In this document: positions 53,206 to 64,000 of the stretch, in pieces
Layout: each line of letters begins with the position of its first letter
Position numbering within the stretch: position 1 is the stretch's first letter
Source: Octopus sinensis
Lineage: Eukaryota
Length of the DNA: 64,000 nt
Assembly (NCBI RefSeq): GCF_006345805.1
Contig: NC_042998.1
Location: forward strand, 114,514,001-114,578,000
Direction of reading: 5' to 3'
The notes under the pieces: model-generated
The model's input: only the letters and a program-made list of their open reading frames with translations
Told to the model about the DNA's origin: nothing
The model's database searches: none
Made by a program: the position numbers and the translations under genes

Positions 53206-55771
53206 GTCTATCTATCTGTCTATTTGTCTGTCCGTCTGTCAGCATGTCTATTAATACACACATATACATACATATCTTATTGCATCTTTGAAGATGAAAT
53301 GAAACACAATCCCTGTGAGATATTTGAACGATAGTGTAAAGCAAGATGAATAAAAAAGAAAAAGCATTTAATCCGATGTTCAACTAGTTCATCAATCAGC
53401 GATGAATCCTTTAATAGATGTATTATCCAAGCAGGAATGGCAGCCACAGTACTCTTTTACACTCTTCAATAAAGAGAAGACACAACATAATGTAGTTATA
53501 CACGAATGGGTTTGTGGTCAAGGCTAGAATACCTTAGAACTGCCCAATGGGATCAGTGAAAATAGTCAGTAAAATTTGAATAAATGCCTGACATTCTTTT
53601 TTGTTTCATTGCTATATTTAAATTATTTATGAATACATATTTTTCATATACTTATAAAATCCATTAAAAATTGTATTATCCTTTTGTACAAAACTTTCAT
53701 TGTCAGTTAATAAGCAACCTATGATATTTGTTTAGTTTAAGTATGGTCTATAAAGGGAATGTAGAATTTCTTCCAAGCACATGGTTCCTAACCAAAACCG
53801 GAAAATCTCAATTAATTTTAAATAATTTTTGATAGTAATTTCTAATTACTTTTACTTCAGCTCACAATTAAATATATTTTATCAAGTACATCTAGGCGTA
53901 GCCATTACATTTTTCTTTTCTATATTATGCTATAAATCTGTCTGGATTTCAAAAGTGAGACTAAAATCACTGGTAATTTAGCTGTTATTTCAAACAGGTT
54001 AAATGACTCATCATAGTTCAATATTTACAATATAAATACATAAATTTAAACGTATATATACGTTTATTTCTGATATGCTATTTGTCTCCAGTCAATTGGA
54101 ACGCACCTACCGTTATTGCCAATTCGAAAGTAAAAATATACACATCTATTTTTATAATTTTTGATTCCAGTATTTAATTCTGATATATGTTTTTTAAACT
54201 ATTTTCTGTGAGTGTTTTGACATTAAATTTCTTTTGCCGTGAGATTTCAGATTCACACTTGACCTATGATAAATAACAGCAGCTCAAACTTTTTTGTTTT
54301 GTTTTGAACACAAACACGATACGATTGCAAAAAGTTATCACCGAATAATACATAATGAATATTTGCATATAAAAGTGTGTGTACGTGTGTGTTTGTGTGT
54401 GTGTGTGTGTGTGTGTATGCGTGCGTGTATGTGCATGTATGTGCGTGTTTGTGTGTGTTCCGGTTTGTGTGTGTATGTGTGTGCAGATATGTGTACGTAC
54501 ACAGAAATATTGACATTGCATCGTAAATGTGAGTTATAATCTGAGTATATGTCAAGCAGTCATCAGAGGGTGAGTTGAAACCGTACTAAAACTATCGGAG
54601 ACTGTTGTGGTTTTTTTTTATTATGTCAGTTACTCAGCATTGCAATATGGGTCGTATGAGGCATAACTCAGAGTATATAACAATTGGTAGGTGTCAGGTA
54701 TTTTTTCTTGGAGGTGAAGTACTTCAAGGTCATAGGAGTTGAAAGAATAACAAAAATAATAAAACAAACAAGAGGCAGATATTCAAATTTATACAGTAAT
54801 GCGTTGGAAGTAGATAGTTGAGAGTGATAAGTTTTCAATGACAATATAAATATCAAATATATAAAACATAGACGGGTTTGCATAAGTGGGGTCGGTAACA
54901 GAGAGAATATCACTCCACTTGAATGCAGATAATACTGATCGATTCAGTCCAGTTGTAGTATATTCTTTCATCGCTTCAGGATGTACGAGCCTTCTTTCAT
55001 TTTAAAGAAATTTTCTTTGTTGATATCTTATCCTCCCTTGAACATATTTATTCTTTACAGTTTATTTCAGTTCCTTATAGCTTCATCTTTTATGTGCTTT
55101 ATCAAATTTCAGAAGGGCTATAACTATCCACATTTATATGTCGTCAGTAATAATAGTACATACTTCTTCAATTTAAAGTGAAATACTGGAAGCTCTACAA
55201 TTATACTAAGGTATAATGTGTTCAGTACAGTTTCGCTGTCTTTCCGACAGTTGGCATATAAATGATTTCAAACTACTCTATGTGAATTATTCTACCAAGA
55301 ATTCTGAGAAATATGCAGAGAATCGGAGTAAATATTTTCAAGAAAAAAAACTTGCTATTCTTGTGTCCTAGATCCCAAATGAAACTATATCACGACAAGA
55401 AAGTCAAATGTTGGTAACAATATCAATCCACTTTTCATCTCCGAAAGCCAAGTCACAAGAGAATGTTCGTTGAAAAGACGATAATACTGCACGACCACTG
55501 CCTTTGGGCTAAATAGCACAAAAGAATAAAGGAACGCTTACTCTATTTTCTATGTAAACAACTTACGCGTGAGCGCGCAAACATACATATACAACCATAG
55601 ATACAAGTAAAAGATCATGGTGGTTTCAAAGTTGCGACGAAGACAACTGCGCCGGACTTCGAAGTCACTATGACGTTATCCTTGTAGAAGTAAACCTAAT
55701 AGTCTGCTTAAATATATCAATGGTTGATTTTTATCTTTATTTATCTTTACATAAAAGCATATATATATATA

Positions 55772-55837
<66 letters not shown>

Positions 55838-55871
55838 TCTCTTTCTCTCTCTCTGTATAAATATATACATA

Positions 55872-55921
<50 letters not shown>

Positions 55922-56150
55922 ATATATATATATATATATACATACATACATACATACATACATATGAATACGCATATGCATTTACATAAATGTGTCTATA
56001 TTCGTATATGTTTGTATCTCTCTCTCTATATATATATCTATCTATCTATCTATCTCTCTCTATATATATATACATACATATATAGATATACAATAATTGC
56101 ATATACACACTCACGCTATTTGAATACATGCGTACATGTATATAAATATA

Positions 56151-56187
<37 letters not shown>

Positions 56188-56559
56188 ACACATATATATA
56201 GACATACAACATAGAGTGAGCGAAAGAGATGAGTGTGTGAGAGTATGTTACTTGTATGAATCTAATATAACTTTTTATTTATTCAATCAACTTACCTTTC
56301 AATGTCCTATAACGTATGCAAAAACGAGAACATATATAATTTGATGAAGCAAAAGTGGAAAAAAGCTAAGCCAATGAGCAAAACAGAAAAATAAAAGTGT
56401 AGAAGAGAAAGAGAATATTATGATCAATAAATGTTTACATATGCACAAACGCACGCTGAAACAGTCATATATACACACACAAATACATATACACCCACGC
56501 AGACATGTACATATGCATACATGTATAGCTAAATATATATTTAAATATATGTCCTATAT

Positions 56560-56596
<37 letters not shown>

Positions 56597-56723
56597 ATGT
56601 GTGTATGCGTGTGTGTGTGTGTGTGTATGTATATATATGTCTATATGTATGTCTATATATATATATTATAGTAATGGATATATATGCATGGTCATATATA
56701 TATATACAATCAAAATATATTCA

Positions 56724-56779
<56 letters not shown>

Positions 56780-56811
56780 TATATATATATAATATCCATA
56801 CACACACACAC

Positions 56812-56842
<31 letters not shown>

Positions 56843-57618
56843 CACACACCCTCACATACATATATGCCTATATGTATGTATGCATATATGTTTGTGTATG
56901 TGTATAACTGGAGGTAATATATGAACACAAAACAGTGACATAAAGAATAAGTGAATATATAAAAATGTATATCGTGTTAAATAACTACTTTTACGTTCAA
57001 CAAAAATCAAAAATCAGAAGATAACACACACACACAAATAACAAAATGCAAACAAAAAGAAAATCAAAGAACTAAATAGATATTCAGTTATTGCTCATAC
57101 GTTTGTTTCATTCTTTGAGAATTTTCTTGATTTCGCTTTTTCTTTTTTTTTTTTTTTTTTTATTTTTCTTGTACACTTTTGGTTTTACTAGAATGATGTT
57201 CATGAAGAGACCTTTAAATGTGACATAATCGAAGAATGTAAGAAAACAAGTCGAAAGAAATATGAAGAGCAAGTCAACTAGGAAATATCTAGTAAATCAC
57301 GATTCAACGTTGATAAAACATGCAAACATATAACTACAGGACACACAGATTATATGACAAGGATTTATATAAACATTATACAGCAACATAAAGAGTTATA
57401 TGTACACACACAAACATACACCAAAGTTTGCTTATAGATATCGATTTAGACATACGTACTGTCATTACTTACAATACGTACGATACTACTCGCCTTTTCT
57501 CTGTATATCTGTCTTTCTTTCTGTGTATACATACATACTTACACATGTGTATGCACTTACATACATAATCGCTTTCTCTCTCTCTCTCTCCGTATATATA
57601 TGTATATATATATATATT

Positions 57619-57669
<51 letters not shown>

Positions 57670-57989
57670 CTACATAAAATGAAATCAGATATACATATAT
57701 ATGTGTACCTATGTATAAATTATATATTTATACTAATGTGTATGTACATATATTTATGAGAATGTGTGCATGCATATATATATGTATATATTTGTGTGTG
57801 TGTATGTATGTTTTTGTGGTTGCTTAGATGTTGAACAACAATACCAAATAATTATACGTGTGCATGCGATTGTGTGTGCGCGTGTTTGTGTGTTTATGTT
57901 TGTGTGTGTGTGTGTGTGCATTTGTGAGTGTATGTGTCTATGTTTGTGTGTATGTGTGTGTGTCTGATTGTGTGTATGTATCAAGTGGA

Positions 57990-60090
57990 TTAAGCTATGG
58001 GATTTTATTCTCGACGAATACAGTGTCTTTTAGAAGCCACATTTTATAAGGTTCTTAGTGTCGTTCTACAACGTAAAGCATAGAACATTGGGAAACGGAA
58101 CTAACAGCAGCAGGACACCAACTCGGTGTAGCTAAAACACATCGCCTTATTTCCAAGGTGATAGACAATTGCTTTTGCGGTATATCATGGCTCTCATCCA
58201 ACTCTCCCTAGGTTTGCAAAACACAAAATAGCTGTATATAATCCAGGAAAAGTCCGAGAGATAATTAACCATTTGCTGTTCATGGATCACCTAAATTCAG
58301 ATAGCTACACTGAGAGAGAATTGAATAACTGTGAAGTACAATGATGGTGTTTTGCAATAATTTTAGAATTATTATTAATCTTTCCAAGTGTGCAATACAT
58401 ATTAGGAGAAACGCAAAATTCCACGAAACAGTGAAATAAATCTACCAATCGAGAAGATGCATGATGTTGAGATAACTGTCGATATGTATGTATATCTTAG
58501 AGTGCTGGTTGCTGATGCTATAAGATATGGCATAACGAATGGCAAAAATTGAAAAAGATATTTCCGGAAATTAAAGGGGATACTAAAATCAAAATTCACG
58601 GACATTAATAACATCGCGGCCAGAAATTTAACCCGTGTATCTATCACCACATACTACAACGGGATAATGACATGTAGAAAGGAAGATAAACAGGAGATAG
58701 TTTGATAGACGAGGAAACAACTGTTAAAATACAGAGATTTTAACTCACAAGCAGACGTTGACAATTAGAAAGTGTGGAAAATAAGAAATGAGAAATGAGG
58801 ACTATAGAAGCCCGTGTGAAGGAAAAAGCAAAATCTAAGATAGTATGTTGTTGAAGATAATGTTAAACGCATTTGATAAAATTAAGAAGGAAATTGGTAA
58901 GTGAATGAGTTAGAAAGCGTTGATTCGAGCAGGACGTTTACACAGGAAGATACTTTTCAATGTATTGAAGGGTATCGAGCCCCAAAGTAATTAAGATGGA
59001 TTAAGAGAATTTTGAAGTAAAAAGACTGAGCGTTTGATCCTAGCCGCAGAGGACCACTTAAGCGGAACGAGAAATATATATAGAAGACAACTTAGATTGT
59101 GCGGCCAAAAGGAATAGATGTTATGCATGCAGCTTTTGAAAGTAAAATGCTTGCTCAGAGGGGTGTTAAGTCATGAGAACAGAATAGCTATAATCATGCA
59201 ATCCTAAACTGGTGAATTTAACAAAAATTTATTTGCGAACAATTGGAAAATTGGTATGACCATAAACGAGAACTCGTCCTTGAAAAAACTATATGTGAAG
59301 GTACTATGATATACAAATATCCAAAACTATATGCAAAACCCTAATACAGACCAAAGATGTTTTTGTACTCATTAAAGAAGAGTGTGTTGTTTAATCTATG
59401 TTACTTACTCATCAGATACAGGACTAGTGAAGAAAGAATTTTAAATACCAAACAGAAAAAAGAAACAGAATCTGAAAATGCACTAACTATATTATCCGAA
59501 TAACAGTAGAAGTCTCCGGAATATTTGCAGGGCGTTTGAATTTTTTGTTGGACATGATGGACAGAGATAAACTTTCTGATTCAACAAAGAGCTTTTTGTC
59601 TTGGCAGAGCAAGGAATTTAGGAAAGTTACTAGTTTTCTAAGACAGGGGTACGCTGCTTCATATCTAGCAATCCTGTATCAGTGGTGCAACATGACGTCT
59701 CCATAGAGAGCGACCATAACTACTGAACCAAGAAGACCAGATATGAGTAAAGAGTACAAAACAGAGAAACAGTGTAACATCACAGATTTTGCAATTCCCT
59801 CCGTTAGCAGAGTCGTTACGGAAGAAACAGAAAAGAACTGAGAAATAACAGAATTTGGTCAGAGAGCTGAAGAGACTACGAATGAGCAACACAGCAATTA
59901 TTACAGTGGTAATTGATGTACTTGTCACAACATTCAAAATGTTACCTAAGAGACTGAACGAGATAGGAATTAAGACTCGGATTGTCGAACTGCAGAAAAG
60001 TAGCATCCTATGTACTTCAAGAATCCTAAGAAAGATTTTTAACTCGTCACCAAAAACTCAAGATAACATTCCAGCTAATTAGCATGTACT
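57990..60090 (+). mobile_element. R4/Dong-clade LINE relic, RT through restriction-like endonuclease and C-terminus
   Basis: Peptides YFQGD, INHLLFMDHL, YLRVL...RKLKGILKSK, KKTERLILAAED, RRPD...DFAIP and ELKRL...LVTTFKMLPKRLNEIGIKTRIVELQKSSILCTSRILRKIF in order; ends at (TA)n. Confidence 0.85.
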
Positions 60091-60121
<31 letters not shown>

Positions 60122-60124
<3 letters not shown>

Positions 60125-60330
60125 CGGGAAGCTTTATGAAAATAGACAAAAGACGAAGGCAGGTGGAAAACAGACGAACAATTGTATTAATATGGCGCTC
60201 AGGAAATATAAATAAAACAAGTCTTTAACGTTTCGAGCCTACGCTCTTCAACAGAAAGATACACAGAGAGAAAAAAAACACAGAAAGAAGGAGAGAAAAA
60301 AATGCGTGCAGTAGCTAACGAATCAACATG
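60122..60330 (-). mobile_element. Repeat family D copy with hammerhead-like core
   Basis: Minus strand TTGAAGAgcgtaggctcGAAACGTT at 60251-60227; downstream homologous to 16570-16650. Confidence 0.55.
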
Positions 60331-60613
60331 GCGATCTGATTTCGGCCAGAGGTCAAAGATCAAACATGAGACGCGAGAGCGAAATAAGGGGAGATAATAG
60401 GGTAAAAATACAACAAACGGTACAGTTTATGCGAACAAGTTCAAGGTGAGAAATGTGTAGACGTCGTGGTATATTTTTTAAGGATTTCACGTCAATGCAA
60501 AGTCACTTTGATCCGCGAAAGAGAGGTGCAGCCAATGGTAAGTATCCAAGAGGTAAAGAAAATCCAAGGTAGAGGTAAGTGTTGATAGTGGTATTGGTAG
60601 AATATAGGATGAA

Positions 60614-60644
<31 letters not shown>

Positions 60645-61151
60645 CATATATATTTGTTCGTTTTTTTTTTCTTTGGCTGTCCCCCCACAAGCAACAGCGC
60701 TTGAGGATCGATATTGAATCGACTCTATCATGTTTCATAGTATTTCGGCGCGAGAGAGTGATAGAATAAGTACCATATTTGAAAAAATACAGGATCCATT
60801 TTATTGAGTAATCCCTTCAAGGCGATGTTCAGGCTTGATCGCTGTCCAGTGACTGCAAACAAGTGAGATATTACAGTTAAATATTACAGAATAAAAGAGA
60901 TTATTTTCTTCTGAATTTAACTACGTAACTTATGTGGTATTTTGTCCCCATTATTTCTAAATTTCTTTTTGTTTTGGTTAGCAATGTTGATATGTTTATA
61001 GGACTTTCATAATAATTTTCGATATAATTTCATTTTGTTCACACATCTTCTTGAAATCATTTCTGTATATTCACTTATCAAAACATCCTATTCTTTTCGC
61101 GTCGAAGCGCTTAATATAATAATACATGCCTCCTAATTTTAAATACATACA

Positions 61152-61205
<54 letters not shown>

Positions 61206-61871
61206 AGCATATATCAGTATATGCATACATGCATGCAATAAAACAAATTTTATTTATACCAGTTGACAATACTTTCGTCCAAATATTTACACTTTACAAG
61301 CAAGTTTACACTTCAGTTGTATATGTTACTATAGCAACATCTTTGCAACTAATCGCTTTCAAATTTTAGACAATGATTAATAATCTATATATTTTTACAT
61401 TATAAATGTGAAGCACATCTTTTGTATCGAAATAAACATTCGGTCAATTTAGACTCTAAACATAATTTGTCCAACGCTATTCACTGTTTTTTCTTCTCTT
61501 ATATTCTTGTTGATTAAACAATATAAAGCTTAGAATTACATTATTTCACTATGAGGTATTACATATGATATATAATTGTAAGGCATAAGATAATGATTAG
61601 TCTAACTCGGCGTCTTTGATCTAACAACATAAACAAGATTCAAATTTTCTTCGTAATTATATGTGTCGTTATAGATTTTTGGCTTCAATCAAGAAATCCT
61701 TTCATAGATAGCTACACCATTTGTATATACGCATAGATAAACATACGCGCATACGCACACAAATACACAAGTGCGGACAGCAGCAGTGGATTCGTATTGA
61801 AACACGGAGACACATTTACGTGTACACATCAAACATTCATACACGAACACACGCGCGCATGTGTATACATG

Positions 61872-61918
<47 letters not shown>

Positions 61919-61920
61919 AC

Positions 61921-61989
<69 letters not shown>

Positions 61990-62624
61990 CAGCCACACAT
62001 TCAAACATCAAAAAACTCATAGCTATCTGAGTCTCTCTGTGTATGCGTATACACAGACATACACGCACACAAGCATATATATTCATACGTATGCTTGTGT
62101 GCGTGTATGTCTGTGTATACGCATACATGCGTATACACATGTGTATACGCATGTACATGCATCAATTTCAAAAGCTTGAAAGATGGTCTTAAACGGTGTT
62201 GAGGACACACACACATTCGTGCGCACGCTCACACACACACACACGCACGCGCGCGCACATACATGCATGCATGCAACTAGTTAAATATATGATTCGTTCG
62301 GCAAAACCCTTTTGCAATGATGACAGGAATAAACACATGTACACATAAACATACGCAACCACACATACACACACACACACATTAATTACATACGTACAAA
62401 CAGAGAGACTGTCAGACAGTCAGACAGACACAAGACACTCTTATTCATGCCCCTTACCAATTTAGGATTCTTAGAAATATTGCCTGGTTACATTCGAGTT
62501 CCGTTTTACGCTATAAGGAATGAACATTACCCGTTTCAAAGACGACGCTGAATACATATGCGAATAGAGGCTACAGTAGACCAACCTATACTCATTATTT
62601 AGAACGACAAGAGAAATATAATGA

Positions 62625-62799
62625 ATTTGCATGGCTGTCTGGTAGGAAGTTTTCTTCCCAAACACCTGCATCTGGATTCGGTCCCGTTGCGTGGAACCTT
62701 GCAGCTTGAGCAATTGTTTTGTACTGTACCACTATAGTCTCTGGCGTAACAAGGACTTGCGAGTGGATTAGGTTGATGGAAACTGAGAGTAACCCATTG

Positions 62800-62800
<1 letters not shown>
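62625..62800 (+). mobile_element. SINE family B 5' half, old
   Basis: catggctgtctggtaggaagtt...ggattcggtccc...gagtggattaggttgatggaaactgag. Confidence 0.65.
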
Positions 62801-62871
<71 letters not shown>

Positions 62872-62880
62872 TATATTATA

Positions 62881-63070
62881 GCGCAGGAGTGGCTGTGTGG
62901 TAAGTAGCTTGCTAAACAAACATATTGTTCCGGGTTCAGTCCCACAGCGTGGCACCTTGGGCAAGTGTCTTCTACTATAGTCTCGGGCCGACCAACGCCT
63001 TGTGAGTGGATTTGATAGACGGAAACTGAAAGAAGCCCGTCGTATATATGTATATATATATATATGTATG

Positions 63071-63121
<51 letters not shown>

Positions 63122-63350
63122 TGTGTGTGTGTGAGTTTGTGTGTCTGTGTTTGTCCCTCCAATATCGCTTGACAACCGATGGTGGTGTGTTTACGTCCAC
63201 GTAACTTAGCGGTTCGGCAAAAGAGACCGATAGAATAAGTATTAGGCTAACAAAGAATAAGTCCTGGGGTCGATTTGCTCGACTACAGGTGGTGCTCCAG
63301 CATGGCCGCAGTCAAATGACTGAAACAAATAAAAGAGAATAAAAGAGAGA
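62881..63350 (+). mobile_element. SINE family B, full length, well preserved
   Basis: gcgcaggagtggctgtgtggtaagtagc through (aataaaagag)2. Confidence 0.9.
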
Positions 63351-63351
63351 A

Positions 63352-63393
<42 letters not shown>

Positions 63394-63600
63394 TCTTACG
63401 TGCCTGACGAGAAAAGCCTCGTTAAAGTCTTCGGAATTTGAAGTAGCACGGAATCCGAATCTGTTTTGAATAATACATGTAACTCTTAATAAATGTGCGG
63501 ATTGCCCCTTCCCGCGTGTTTCCAGTCATTCACTCTCTCTCACACACACGCAATATATATACACACAGACATACTCACTTATATATATATATATATGTAT

Positions 63601-63659
63601 GTACAATCGTTTCATACTACAACATTTTATTTAAATGTTGTTGTATGAAACGATTGTAC
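63601..63659. other. Near-perfect 59-nt hairpin
   Basis: 27-bp stem with one mismatch and a 5-nt loop (tattt). Confidence 0.9.
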
Positions 63660-63826
63660 CAAATTACCGGAATCATCCTTGTTGCTTATGTTTTATTATA
63701 ATCACCCCGCAAATTTTTATGTGTAATACCATACAAAATTCTGGTGCATCTAAATTAAGTATCATATTCATTTGAATCTAAATTTTTGCTGATCTTACCG
63801 GAATCATTCTTGTTGCTTATTTTCGA

Positions 63827-63861
<35 letters not shown>

Positions 63862-63862
<1 letters not shown>

Positions 63863-64000
63863 GAGGGGGTACCCAAGAGGAACCGGTAGCGATCTTTGTG
63901 GAACAAGTCACTTGATGCATGTCTCAGGCATCAGGTTGCCGACCGGCGGCGTCCTGTGAAGTCGTACCACTGCGAAGTTTGTCTTCGTTTTGCAGTGCTT
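63862..64000 (+). mobile_element. Left end of a mariner related to 39400-39980, running off the window
   Basis: TA|cgagggggtacccaagag; cacttgatgca..ctcaggcatcag..tgcc.accggc...gtcgtac...gcagtgctt aligns to the reverse complement of ~39805-39980. Confidence 0.7.

Noticed and set aside
62881-62960. SINE heads as tRNA genes
   Set aside because: A/B-box-like motifs present but no complete cloverleaf, and each continues into SINE body and tail.

Overview
AT-rich, extremely microsatellite-rich eukaryotic DNA with no recognisable host protein-coding gene, most likely a large intron or intergenic region. The SINE families, mariner/hAT/LINE relics and dense (TA)n/(CA)n/(TACA)n/(TAGA)n/(TAA)n tracts suggest a coleoid cephalopod (Octopus-type) genome; this is pattern recognition, not a database hit. 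Nearly all ORFs in the supplied track are microsatellite read-throughs. Protein homology is confined to decayed transposons: two full-length mariners with TIRs and TA target duplications (17353-18625, 28549-29874), further mariner relics, the 5' half of a hAT element (6755-7860), two R4/Dong-type LINEs with restriction-like endonuclease, the 5' part of a Tx1/L1-type LINE nested in a SINE, and CR1-, RTE- and I/Jockey-like fragments. At least four tRNA-like SINE head types occur, with interchangeable tails. The most unusual structure is a 2.8-kb fold-back array of a ~490-bp unit (9641-12469) inside a (TA)n tract, which could be a rolling-circle/template-switch product or an assembly artefact. 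It is one of several local inverted duplications anchored on simple repeats in the first 12.5 kb. Also notable: a three-copy repeat family with a hammerhead-like core, a near-perfect 59-nt hairpin at 63601-63659, and two weak candidate minus-strand exons. All alignments were done by eye.
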